A DNA stretch of 64,000 bases from Candidatus Moanibacter sp. GTDB taxonomy: Bacteria > Verrucomicrobiota > Verrucomicrobiia > Opitutales > UBA2987. The translations under genes were made by a program, and so were the position numbers. The notes beneath the pieces are model-generated. The model ran no database searches, was not told where the DNA came from, and saw only the letters and a list, made by a program, of their open reading frames with translations. Shown here one piece after another: positions 19,686 to 29,822 of the stretch (within the stretch, counting starts at the first letter, position 1; the number at the start of each line of letters is the position of its first letter). The stretch is from contig CBDCEW010000101.1 in NCBI GenBank assembly GCA_965215885.1, positions 64,001-128,000 of the forward strand, given 5' to 3'.

Positions 19686-20819
19686 CTAACCCTGCTTCTT
19701 GGCCCATCGGGCTTTCATTTTTTTCATTTCGGTGTTGAGCTCGATCTTCGGGCCCGGAGACTGATTTTTTCGGTTGTGGAGCCAGCGGCCCTGGTTATCG
19801 CGAAGCACAGGGAGGCGTTTGGAAACAGGCGGAGGCTTTGCCACTCGCGTGGGACGGTCGGCATACCAGTAGGCCACCGAAGCCATTTCGTTTGCCAGGT
19901 GATTGCCGTGGCCGTGTTCGATTGTGACCTTGATTTCCTTTTGAAACCGCACCGGATTTTCGATGTGGAAAACGTAGCTGGTCTGATAACCGTTGGTATC
20001 GGACTCGTGGATTGATGAGCCATTTCTGAGAAACGCGTTTGGCTGCATGCCCCATGCCTGGTTGAGATAGTCCTCGCTTCCGGTTCCATGGAGGTCGGGG
20101 GGCCACTTATAGCCGTCGACCCAGATCATGTCGTCTCCTTCTCCCCACCATTCTCCCTTAAAGTTCGTGACCGAAAGGTTACAACCCAGGTAGTGACCGC
20201 ATCCCTTGGTTTCGAGGATGACGTAGTTATTCCGCCAGGCGAGTCTTCCTCTGTTGGCAATGTTCGCCTCCGGCGCGTTGACCCGGATCTCATGACCCCA
20301 CCCCTGGGAGGGATTGGTCCGGCGAAACTCAGCGTGAAAGTAGCCTGAGTCGTCCGGAATCTCCTCCGTTGTCTCATAGTCAACGTAAAACCAGTTCCGC
20401 TGGATCTCCTTTCCCTCGTTCACAAGTTCCACCACCGCGCGCTCGCGAAAAGGCATCGGCGCATAACAGTTCAGGGCGCATCCCTTATTAAACTCGTTGT
20501 TGGTTTGGGTGGAGGCCGAGAAGAGGAGGGATTGGTAGCTGTTCACGATCCCGTGTCCCAGGCAAAAGAAGTCGCCCACCGGCACGAGGACGCTCGGATG
20601 CTTTGCATTGCCCCATGTAAACCGCAGAAGACATTCTCGCGATTGGCCTCGATTCGCCATCCAGATATGGGTGATGATGCCGGGTCCTTTAATGTCGGCG
20701 AGAATCCGCGACTCTCCCGGTTCAGTGTAAACGCAATCGGTGTTCCGGCCCGACCGATCCCAGGAAGAAGAGCGGCCTACCTTGCGATTCCGAATGATTG
20801 CCAGTTGATTCAGATTCAT
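19686..20819 (-). CDS. DUF2961 / GH172-family protein
   Basis: SSWDRSG.N.D, GPG.ITHIW, WWGEGDD, HGTGSEDY, IEHGHGN. Confidence 0.88.
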   Translation of the reverse strand: MNLNQLAIIRNRKVGRSSSWDRSGRNTDCVYTEPGESRILADIKGPGIITHIWMANRGQSRECLLRFTWGNAKHPSVLVPVGDFFCLGHGIVNSYQSLLFSASTQTNNEFNKGCALNCYAPMPFRERAVVELVNEGKEIQRNWFYVDYETTEEIPDDSGYFHAEFRRTNPSQGWGHEIRVNAPEANIANRGRLAWRNNYVILETKGCGHYLGCNLSVTNFKGEWWGEGDDMIWVDGYKWPPDLHGTGSEDYLNQAWGMQPNAFLRNGSSIHESDTNGYQTSYVFHIENPVRFQKEIKVTIEHGHGNHLANEMASVAYWYADRPTRVAKPPPVSKRLPVLRDNQGRWLHNRKNQSPGPKIELNTEMKKMKARWAKKQG

Positions 20820-21412
20820 GGTGAAATCAAATATTAGAGGGTTAATCTGGATTTGCTATTATGCGATAGTTAGAGCCTGTTCTGCTGCTCCAGATTTCGC
20901 TATTAAGTGGAAGAGTGGCAAGATAATCCGCAGAGTGCGCAGAGATCGCGGAGGGAGGCAGAGAATTGAGATACTCCGAGATCGAGAGAGAATAAGGAAA
21001 GCAGGAAAGCAGGAACCGATCGAATGATAGAACGAGGCGGGAGTCGACTTAGCCTCACTCTGCCGAACGGCAGAGACAAAAACGCGGTCTTTACAGTGTA
21101 CCTGTTCAGAAATCATCGGAGCAATCCCGCCCGGCGCATACGTGTAAACTCTACCCTTCCATAAGTCCCTTAAAGTCAATTTGTTGAAGCTTATTGCGAG
21201 CAAACGCAAAAAGCACTGCGATGCAGTGTTGTGCTGGAGCCTCGAGTTTCAACCCGAGGAAAAGGAGAAGCAACAGATCTGCGGTCTGGAGGACCGTCGT
21301 GAGCTTAGAGCCACAGGGCCCGAGCCTTGGTGGATCCGTGGACAAAATCCATTGTCAGATATCCGTTGGACCTTCGCTTGCAAATGGAGAAGATCCAGCT
21401 CATCGTCGATTG

Positions 21413-22285
21413 ATGGTTACGACAGCGGACATGCCGGTGGATTTGGATTGGCACCAACTTCCCGAAGAGGAAATCCAACATTTTGACGACAACGGTTACC
21501 TTGTCGTTCGTGATGTGCTCGACCGGCCGATGATTGATCGGGTGACGGCGGCGGCGGAACGTCATATTGCGAGCGACCGTCAGGAGAATCGGATCGCGAG
21601 CAAGGGGGGGCTTAACGACGGTTTTCGCAATTGCGTTGCCCTGGACGACGATTTTATTCCCCTTCTGACTCATCCGAAAGCGCTCTCAGTTATCGTTCAG
21701 CTCCTGGGCGCGCACGTGCAACTGATGACCTCTCACATCATCTATAAGTATCCGGATCCGCCCAGCGAGTCGGGTGCCGCGAAGACCCAGGGATGGCATC
21801 GCGACTACGGCGCAGCTACCAAGATTTATGGTAACCATGTTCCGCGGATCATGGTGAAATGCGCTTTCTATCTGAACGATCTAATGGAGCCGAATTCGGG
21901 CGCGACCCTCGTTGTGCCGGGAAGCAACCATAACACAAATCCGACTAAGGTAGCTGAGGGCGAATTCGGTCCGCCCGGTTACGTTGAACCGAAACTGCGG
22001 GCGGGCGATTGCCTGCTGTTCGAAAATCGCGTCGTCCACGCTTCGGGTCCAAACCTGACCCAACGAACACGGAAAGCGGTGATGTTCGGTTATGGTTTCC
22101 GATGGATCATGCCCATCGATTTTCGCCAGCAGGATACCGCCCTTCTGGAAAAGCTCGACCTGCCCGGACGCTATCTCGTCGGCGAGCGCTACCCGCCCAG
22201 CGTGGATTATACTCCCGGCGGTGGTGACAGCCCGCTCGCTCCGTGGTGTGAGCGGTACGGCGCTCCCGCGGTCAGGCCGGTCTAA
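21413..22285 (+). CDS. Phytanoyl-CoA dioxygenase family protein
   Basis: WHRD, VVPGSN, GDCLLF...HAS; start inferred. Confidence 0.85.
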   Translation: MVTTADMPVDLDWHQLPEEEIQHFDDNGYLVVRDVLDRPMIDRVTAAAERHIASDRQENRIASKGGLNDGFRNCVALDDDFIPLLTHPKALSVIVQLLGAHVQLMTSHIIYKYPDPPSESGAAKTQGWHRDYGAATKIYGNHVPRIMVKCAFYLNDLMEPNSGATLVVPGSNHNTNPTKVAEGEFGPPGYVEPKLRAGDCLLFENRVVHASGPNLTQRTRKAVMFGYGFRWIMPIDFRQQDTALLEKLDLPGRYLVGERYPPSVDYTPGGGDSPLAPWCERYGAPAVRPV

Positions 22286-22447
22286 ACCGATGCCCATTGG
22301 CGGCCGAACGGTGATCGATCTGAATTCTTGTACTCTGGTTGGACCAGTCCGTCAGGCTGAGGCCCGACTCGATGCCATAATCGATCCCTTTCACTGTATC
22401 CATTGCGCGAATGGCTCAGGGCAGGAAAGAGAATGGAAGAGTAACTA

Positions 22448-22528
22448 CCACGTTCTTGCGAACGCGGCTACTCTGCCGTACGGCAGAGTAAGTCGTTGAG
22501 ACTTGTAGCCGCGTTCGCAAGAACGTGG
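22448..22528. repeat. GTAG REP doublet (REPIN-like) with a central 18-bp palindrome
   Basis: 24-bp perfect inverted arms CCACGTTCTTGCGAACGCGGCTAC; same arms at 27875-27947. Confidence 0.85.
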
Positions 22529-22553
22529 TCGAAGACTCAAAACGACGACTTTA

Positions 22554-23624
22554 TCAGCAGAATCCCAGATACGCCCTGACGATATCGATGACCAGTGCGA
22601 TGTCGTATCGCGCCTCGTCGACGGAAGTACGGCATGGAACTCCCTCGGTAATGCAGGCGTGGAAGTGGCGCAATTCGCGCACGAAAGCGCTCTCCCATTC
22701 GATGGCGGGTTCCTTGCTGAAGCTCCGGCCATCTTCGTCGATGCCGTGAATCGTTAACCTTGAAGGTATACCCCGAGCAAACCCGCAAGGATATTCGAGA
22801 ATCGCTCTTCTGTCGTCTCCGTAAACTTCCAGTGTCTCTTCAAAGTCCCACAGTCTGGGCAGATCTATCCATGAGGCGGCGCAGCGCGCCCCATTCGCGT
22901 AGGCGAGGACCGTATTGATGGCGCGGCCCTGGTTCCAGATTTCCGTGCTGACGACGCATTCAGGCTGTCCTGCGATTAGACGAAGCCCGTAAATGTCGTG
23001 GATCATGCTGCCCGATATGGTGTGAAAAGCGCTCTGGACGTCCGGCGGCGCTTCACCAATTGCTTCCATTGTTGCAGATGCTTCCGCCTTCCGGGGCGAT
23101 TCTTCGTTGGGGAGGTCGTCGAATCGCTTGAGCCGGAAATTTCGCAGATGGAGTGCGTTGTCCGGGTGGAGGTGGTTGACCTGGATGAATCGGATGGAAT
23201 CCATGCTGTCTACCTCCTTTTGCGCGATCTCAAAGGCCGGGTCGTAGACCTTCATGTAGGCCACCATTCCAACCTTGTTGGAGGCTCGCGCGGCATCGAT
23301 GATAGCGTCCGCTTCCTGCAGGGAGTAACACATCGGTTTTTCGATGAGGACGTGCAGGCCGGCTTCGAAGGCACTGACCGCCACTTCCGTTTTTGGGTCG
23401 GAATGGCATAGGAGGATGGCGCCCAGGTTCATTTTGAGAAGTTCATGGTAGTCATCGGTATGAAATGGAACGTCGAAATCCGCTGCCATGGTGCGCGCCA
23501 GAGTCGGGGAGATATCACAGACCCCGGCAACTTCAAATTCGTCCGGCAACGCCTTCAAATTCGGCAGATGCTGGACCTGGGCGACAGCCCCGCAGCCAAC
23601 GACTCCAATGCGTATTCGGTTCAT
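22554..23624 (-). CDS. Gfo/Idh/MocA oxidoreductase
   Basis: IGVVGCG, HVLIEKP. Confidence 0.88.
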   Translation of the reverse strand: MNRIRIGVVGCGAVAQVQHLPNLKALPDEFEVAGVCDISPTLARTMAADFDVPFHTDDYHELLKMNLGAILLCHSDPKTEVAVSAFEAGLHVLIEKPMCYSLQEADAIIDAARASNKVGMVAYMKVYDPAFEIAQKEVDSMDSIRFIQVNHLHPDNALHLRNFRLKRFDDLPNEESPRKAEASATMEAIGEAPPDVQSAFHTISGSMIHDIYGLRLIAGQPECVVSTEIWNQGRAINTVLAYANGARCAASWIDLPRLWDFEETLEVYGDDRRAILEYPCGFARGIPSRLTIHGIDEDGRSFSKEPAIEWESAFVRELRHFHACITEGVPCRTSVDEARYDIALVIDIVRAYLGFC

Positions 23625-23748
23625 ATGCTCTTTCCTCTCATTGAATTGACCGCTCTTTCGAATTCAGAACATGATTAAAGTTTCAACCCGTGTCTTCTAT
23701 GCAGTTTTTGTAGATACCCAATGTAGGTAAGTCAGTAACAGATAGCTA

Positions 23749-25665
23749 GACCCCATTCGAAAAGCCTTTCGAGCGGGCGGTTTAAGGTTCTCCGCCACGG
23801 GCGGACCAGCCTATGGCTGGCAGGTTTCGGGTTTTAGGCTGCCGGCGCTGCCGATGAGCAGGTATTGAGCGGCCATCGGCGTGGCTTGCTGCACAATACG
23901 TATATTTGCCGCTGTCTGGAGGCATACTCATCCCGTGGTGCTTTTTTCTCTGAGCTTCAAAGCGGTCAGATTCAGGCTGCCTGTTCCAGTTCCTCCCCTC
24001 GGCGTTTCTTCATCAGTATGATGCGGCAGAAGTTGTAGGCCAGAACCTTCTCGAGCAGTTCATCGCCTACCGCATCGATGCCGCGGCGGCCGAGTTCGCC
24101 AAAGGCAAATCCATCTTTAATCGTGAACATCAGCGACTCCACTGCGGAGCGATCGCGGCGTGCCTCGCGATACGCCTCGCTCTCCCAGTCCTCGGGGGTG
24201 GTCAACTTCTTGCCCTTCGCCCCACTGATACTGATCTGCTTTACCCCCATGCTCAGCACCTCCTTGCGTCCCTTCGCCGAAGCATATCCGTCATCGGTGC
24301 TGACCAGTTCAGCAATGACACCGGTGCGCTTGATCGAATCGCCGATGGCCGGCGCCAGCTCAATGGAGTCTGCCGCGTTGCCTTGCGGTACGATCAGGCT
24401 GGTGACAAAACCGTTTTCGCTGCGAACCAGTTGTGGCTTGTACCCGATCACTGGATTGCGGCTGCCCTTCTTGATGTAGGCCGCCGATCCGTCCGAGAGG
24501 CTCAGGACCTTCTGTGTGGACGGTAGCTTCTTTTCGTGAAACACCCGATCATGAGCATACTCAACAACCCGCTTGGCGTCGGCAATATCGCCCCTGATCT
24601 GGCTCAATGCCCGCTCCAGAAGCTCCCGGCGAGTGGGAGGCAGTGAATCCATCGACAGGCCCTCTTCAAGATGGCTCAGTTCCCCCGTTAGTGAGTCGGC
24701 CGCCTTGCGGCCCCGCTTGAGCAACCGCCGGTAGTGTTTCTTCAGCTTGCCCTTCGACTTCGGTTTGCCCGCGGCCAGACAAATCTGAAACTCCAGCTTG
24801 TCCATTTCCTCCAGCCAACGCCCAACCCATCCCTTGCGAAAATCCTCCAGCCCGAAGACATGCAACTTCTGACCCAAACGATTGGCCCGCATCAAAAGAC
24901 CGCTCAGAATCTTCCCATCGGTGGGCCAGCAGCTGTTTGCTTTCACCGAGGTGCTGTCGATCGTCAGCTTCCCGAAATCGTCCCATTGCTCCTGGAGGAT
25001 AAACCCAATCTGTTTATCAAAGATCAACTCGCGGGTCGTATGGCTGACCAGGTTCACGTTCTCCAGAATCGTCGTCACCGCCGGCATTCTCAGTCCCCCG
25101 CTCTGCAAAAATCCGTACAAGCTCATCGACTCGCGCACAAACCGCCGTGCCGGTTTCGTGGTCAACGAACCCAGAAACCCTCGAATCATCACGAACACGT
25201 ATACCGCATAAGCCGGCATCCGCGGCCGGCCTGCCCCAAGATTCAATTCAGCAGCCAGAATATTCTCCTCCTCGATGTCCAGCTCCGGCAGCTCCGCTGT
25301 GCGCCCTTCAAAGAACCTGCGATCTTCCAATCGAAGTTTCTTCTTCTCACGCGCATGGGCGTCCAGATCCTTCTCGATCGCCTCGATGATTTGCGCCGCG
25401 AACCCGGCCAATTCTTCAACTTCATCCAGAAAATCACGGAAATCCGTGTCTGGAACCGGCAGAATGAGGTTGCTAAGGGGCGTCTTATCGCTTTTGTTCT
25501 CCTCTGTCGCACATGTTGGCATGTTTAACTCCTTTCTTAATCTTAAGTTGTTAAACACTAGCATGTTGCGACACTTTTTATCAAGCCAAAACATGATTTT
25601 TCTCAAGTTTTTCTTGCGCCTTTTGCGCCTCTTTGCGGCCAATCAGTAGCTTTTCGGATAAGGTC
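23749..25665 (-). mobile_element. IS5/ISNCY-like IS, copy 1 (1917 bp)
   Basis: TIRs GACCTTATCCGAAAAGC / GACCCCATTCGAAAAGC; three near-identical copies in the window. Confidence 0.92.
23972..25522 (-). CDS. DDE transposase
   Basis: DSTSVKAN..PTD, STDDGY, RSAVES; AAGGAG before MPTC. Confidence 0.9.
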   Translation of the reverse strand: MPTCATEENKSDKTPLSNLILPVPDTDFRDFLDEVEELAGFAAQIIEAIEKDLDAHAREKKKLRLEDRRFFEGRTAELPELDIEEENILAAELNLGAGRPRMPAYAVYVFVMIRGFLGSLTTKPARRFVRESMSLYGFLQSGGLRMPAVTTILENVNLVSHTTRELIFDKQIGFILQEQWDDFGKLTIDSTSVKANSCWPTDGKILSGLLMRANRLGQKLHVFGLEDFRKGWVGRWLEEMDKLEFQICLAAGKPKSKGKLKKHYRRLLKRGRKAADSLTGELSHLEEGLSMDSLPPTRRELLERALSQIRGDIADAKRVVEYAHDRVFHEKKLPSTQKVLSLSDGSAAYIKKGSRNPVIGYKPQLVRSENGFVTSLIVPQGNAADSIELAPAIGDSIKRTGVIAELVSTDDGYASAKGRKEVLSMGVKQISISGAKGKKLTTPEDWESEAYREARRDRSAVESLMFTIKDGFAFGELGRRGIDAVGDELLEKVLAYNFCRIILMKKRRGEELEQAA

Positions 25666-26249
25666 AAGCTAAATCGTAGCTAATTCACAGTCACAGAGGG
25701 TCCTAGCGCGGCGTAGCCGCAACCAAAAAAGAAAGAGAGAACCGCGAATGAACGCGAATGGACACGAATGAAGAGGAAGGTACCACGGATTCGAGAAAAC
25801 CGCGGATTTGATGAAGAGGGGTTGGCAACGGATTGGAGAAGGCAGAACATCGAAGTAAAGACCTTCGGCGTTCGATGTTGAATGTTCGACATTTTCCACC
25901 GCCACAGCTTCCACTGCAATCTTTTAGCCGCACATACAACCCGTTGATGTTCAAAGTACATGGTTCTGTTGTTCAGAAAAGAATGTTTGGCTTCGAAAAC
26001 TTCAATGGACCACAGATTTCTCAGATCGTAGCCCTACCGATTCCTTTCCCATCCGTGGTACTGCGGAGCCATCCGTGGGCATACCTTTCTTCTCATATTC
26101 CTCTCTGTTTCCTCCTGTTCAATTCTCTTCTCGACAGAAGCACCTACCAGTTTGATTGCGGCTTTGCTGCGCCAGGGGTTCAGCGGTTCTGTCATACCAG
26201 AATAGGTGGGCAATGGAATGATCGATTTCACAGCGGCGACGGACTACTC

Positions 26250-26879
26250 CTACTTTCCAACTCTCGGCGCCAGGTTGTTCCATACCTCGCCGAGTTCGAA
26301 AATGCTTTGATAGGTTTGGCGAAGATCTTCCCATACTTCGTTGCGCGTATTGATGGTTCGGCCATCACTTGAACTACTGCTGGCTTCTTTGAGATCGGCC
26401 GCTTTTTCGGCTCCCGCCAACAGCTTCTCGGAAGCGGCCCGAGCGAGTTCTATGTAACGGTCGATCAACTCCTCGTCTGGGGTGTCGGTGTCTCCTTTAG
26501 CATCGTATTGGCTGGGCGGTCCAAATTTGGGGGGCAAGCGACCGCCCTCCGGTGTCCGCCCGGTGTGGGTGGGCACGATGTGGGGAGTGACCGAGAGATA
26601 CATGATTACCGGTTCATCGCCGACGACCGTGACCTTGTGAGGCTGGTCGAGTAGTGCGATGCACATTTGTCCGGGCCCAAGTTCGGCTTCCTCGCCGTCG
26701 ATCTCAAAGAGGCACCGCCCCTGCAGGATGAGAAAGATCTCGTGGCCGAGGTCGTGGCTGTGAAAGGAGGTGGTTTCTTTGCCTGGATCCAAGCGAAGGA
26801 GGCGGGAGCGTATCTGGGGTGTAACCAGGACGTTTCGTAAGTCCTCTTCCCTGCGAAAATCGAATACTTTGAGTTTCAT
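26250..26879 (-). CDS. Cupin domain protein
   Basis: HSHDLGHEIFLILQG...PH. Confidence 0.82.
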   Translation of the reverse strand: MKLKVFDFRREEDLRNVLVTPQIRSRLLRLDPGKETTSFHSHDLGHEIFLILQGRCLFEIDGEEAELGPGQMCIALLDQPHKVTVVGDEPVIMYLSVTPHIVPTHTGRTPEGGRLPPKFGPPSQYDAKGDTDTPDEELIDRYIELARAASEKLLAGAEKAADLKEASSSSSDGRTINTRNEVWEDLRQTYQSIFELGEVWNNLAPRVGK

Positions 26880-27242
26880 TTTATGGCATATATGATCGCA
26901 GCCGTTCGATGGCAAAGAGAATTGAATCCGGGCGCGCCGGGAGAAACGGAGAAGAAGAGGGAATAATTCTCATCCCGGCAAGCCGGGACAAAGACGCAAA
27001 GGGGGGAGAGGAAGACCCCGATGTACGACAGGGCCAGCGTGTCTGGACTCCGCAGTACCACGGTCGGGAAGTCGAATGAAACGACCATGCTGACGGGGTT
27101 CTCTGAAAGGCAGGATGTCCTTGAGCTTGTATCCGAGCTTAAAGACTGTCTGGGGCTGGATTAGCCGGTGGTCGCGTCAAAGACTTCCAGTAACGGCAAC
27201 CCTTCGATTGGGTCAGGAAGCCGTTGATTTGCCGCGAAAGAA

Positions 27243-27498
27243 CCTGGCGCAGCAAAGCCGCAACCAAAGGAGAAGAAGAGAACCGCAGATGCACGCAGAT
27301 GGACGCGAATGCAGAAGGAAACTCCTACTTCCCTTGGAAACTTCGTCGCGAACCTTTTCCCAATGCTCAAGAGATCACTCTCGCTCATTCTCTTTGGGTT
27401 TCCTGCAGCCGCCTCTTTCCCTGGTCTGTCATCCGCGGTTTTCTCGAATCCGTGGGATTTCCTTCTGCATCTGCGTGCATTCGCGTTAATCTGCGGTT
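27243..27498. repeat. Element with about 41-bp inverted arms built from 10-mers
   Basis: AACCGCAGATGCACGCAGATGGACGCGAATGCAGAAGGAAA and its inverse; the left part recurs inverted at 57100-57197. Confidence 0.8.
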
Positions 27499-27542
27499 CC
27501 ACTCTTTCTTTCAATTTGTCGAAGCGAGATTGCCAGTCCGGG

Positions 27543-27833
27543 CTAGCGTGGCCGTTCGATAACGGTCGCGAGAGTTGTCACAGTGCCATCCGGGGATACT
27601 TTGCGAACGCGGGGAAGCCAGTCCTCTGCACGCTCAACCTCGATGTACCGGAACTCGAGCGCATAGAGGTCGTCTCCCGCCGCTACGACGCCTGTCGGTA
27701 ACCAGGTGTCCGACGAACGAAGGGCCACGGAAACGTCTCCCTGGCTGTCGACCACGATTCCCGACCCGGGGTGCGCAGATGCGCTGTCGAGCAGGGCTGC
27801 CAGAAGAAAGATGCAGAAGGGAGCAGGCCTCAT
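27543..27833 (-). pseudogene. Small secreted-protein gene, probably internally deleted
   Basis: Signal peptide + HPGSGIVVD joined directly to W.PTGV..LE..PRVRK..DG.VTTLA. Confidence 0.45.
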
Positions 27834-27874
27834 ATATGATTCCTGTGAAAAAGTCGTCGTTTCGGATTCCGTGA

Positions 27875-27947
27875 CCACGTTCTTGCGAACGCGGCTACAT
27901 ATATCAACGACTTAAGATACGTTGTAGCCGCGTTCGCAAGAACGTGG
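27875..27947. repeat. GTAG REP doublet around an IHF consensus box
   Basis: Arms as at 22448; TATCAACGACTTA at 27902-27914 matches WATCAANNNNTTR. Confidence 0.85.
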
Positions 27948-28034
27948 AGATTTCACACCGGAATTCTGTATTGGTATAGCAAATTCACCTGGCGAACAAT
28001 TCGGTCGGCATATACCAATATATGAAGCCTGGCC

Positions 28035-28214
28035 CTAATGGCGCTAAGATAACGGACTTATCGCTCGCAACGGTCTTCGTCCTGGTGCGCGAACTGCGCC
28101 CAGTCAAGAGCGAGCTTCCTACGAGTGTCATAATTTGTTGTAGGAAGGCCGCTTGCGGCCGAAACGGATCGTCGCCGAATTTACCGTTAACGCCAATTAT
28201 TTTGGCGCCATTCA
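28035..28214. mobile_element. MITE with IS4-type ends
   Basis: AATGGCGCTAAGATAA...TTATTTTGGCGCCATT matches the TIRs of the IS4 at 31243-32818. Confidence 0.7.
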
Positions 28215-28229
28215 AGCCTCCTTTTCACC

Positions 28230-29663
28230 TCAATATTCCCGTGCCCGATAAAACATCCTGTCGCTGGGGGGACTGAATTGCGAGGGGCAGAGAGGCTGCG
28301 GAGAAACGTCGGTCCATACTGTGAGGTCGTCGCTGCTCTGCAGCACGCCTGAATAAAATAGCTCGAGTGTATTCCCGTCGATCTTCGAGAGGCTGATGGT
28401 CGGCGGATCCCCTATGGAAGAGAGAGTGACGAACACATCATCAATTGCCCACGACTCATCTGCTGCTCCTCCGTCCCCATTATGATCCCAACCCGCTCCG
28501 CTGGCGTACCATTCGATCACCGCGGTTGAGGCCGAATGCTGAATCTCTTGAAAAATTGGATCGTTACCCATACTGAACCCCGACTCCCTGTCGTTTGGCG
28601 AGGCGTCCCGAAATCCCAACTGCAACTTCTCCACAAGCAACACCCCGGGGGGCGCCGCGTAATTATTCTCTCCGAGGAACGCGTTCTGAAAGCTCTCCGA
28701 AAAGATCACGACTCCATCGAGAGATACGTTAAAGAAGTCCGGTCCGCTTTCCGCGACTTCCCCATCCCACGTATCGATGATGGCCAACAAAAATCCAATG
28801 GAGATGAAATCGTGCGGAGGCAGGTTGGTCAGAGTAAGGGTCGTTTTCTCCGGTGGGTCGGAAGTCAGATTCCGAAGGAAATTCCCGGAAAACCCGTGAT
28901 CGGAATATCCTTGAACACTCTCGGTCGTCGTGATGCCTGAGAACTCCGCTGGAACTCCCAATTCGAAATCACAGGAGAACTTCCCGTCACTGATGGGGGA
29001 AGCATCCTCCACTCTGATATAGTCGACTAACGCATGGCTCGATTCAGTGGGATCGACACCGGCCCAGATACCGATAAAGTTAGGAGTGCCATCACCATAG
29101 GTTATCGATGACAGGCCCTGCATGAAGGTAGTCCCATCCAGGCTGTAGGACTGAGTATAGGTGTTACCTATCTTCTCGAGACGGAAAAAGAAAGGTGATG
29201 AACCAAGATCCAATGCACTGACAGCATTGGTCCATACCGAGGAGACTTCGGCACCGAATTCAAGATTCCTACCACCGAATACGTGCCCGTAGATCGACCT
29301 TACAAGATTGTCCTGATCATCAAAGGCGACAATATCGAATTGGGTAAAATTCTGGGACACCGGAACAAAGCTCTGAAGACGTACCGTAACTCTGAAATCG
29401 CCCGTCGTCGGCGTGCTGATGAGGAGCATGTTCTCATGGTTATTCTGAGTCGAAAACACATCTCCAGCCGTAGCCTCGAGATCCAGGATTCCCCCGCTTA
29501 AATTGTAGTGAGCAGGATCCTCATTCAAAATTACCCAGTCGCTTGACAACTGCGTCCCCGAGAAATCATCGAAAAATAGAATTTCGGCAAAAGAGTCGGA
29601 TCCAAGGAGCAAACTGAACAGAATCGGGATGACAGTGTCCAATTTACTCCGAGGAAATTTCAT
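28230..29663 (-). CDS. Secreted beta-sandwich (lectin/LamG-like) protein with a verrucomicrobial-type C-terminal domain
   Basis: Signal peptide; FFDDFSG; C-terminal GVLQSSDDL..W.....MFYRA. Confidence 0.7.
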   Translation of the reverse strand: MKFPRSKLDTVIPILFSLLLGSDSFAEILFFDDFSGTQLSSDWVILNEDPAHYNLSGGILDLEATAGDVFSTQNNHENMLLISTPTTGDFRVTVRLQSFVPVSQNFTQFDIVAFDDQDNLVRSIYGHVFGGRNLEFGAEVSSVWTNAVSALDLGSSPFFFRLEKIGNTYTQSYSLDGTTFMQGLSSITYGDGTPNFIGIWAGVDPTESSHALVDYIRVEDASPISDGKFSCDFELGVPAEFSGITTTESVQGYSDHGFSGNFLRNLTSDPPEKTTLTLTNLPPHDFISIGFLLAIIDTWDGEVAESGPDFFNVSLDGVVIFSESFQNAFLGENNYAAPPGVLLVEKLQLGFRDASPNDRESGFSMGNDPIFQEIQHSASTAVIEWYASGAGWDHNGDGGAADESWAIDDVFVTLSSIGDPPTISLSKIDGNTLELFYSGVLQSSDDLTVWTDVSPQPLCPSQFSPPSDRMFYRAREY

Positions 29664-29822
29664 GATTCCTACTCGCTGATGCTATCAGACGGTAATTTTC
29701 CGTCAACGTCTGTTAGACAGAGTCCGACAGGCTCACAGCTTTAAAATCTCACACGCTTTCCGGGCTTGTTTGGTGCGGCCCACGGAGTTCGCATGCCAAC
29801 TCGGATTCGCCCGGCAGCCTCA

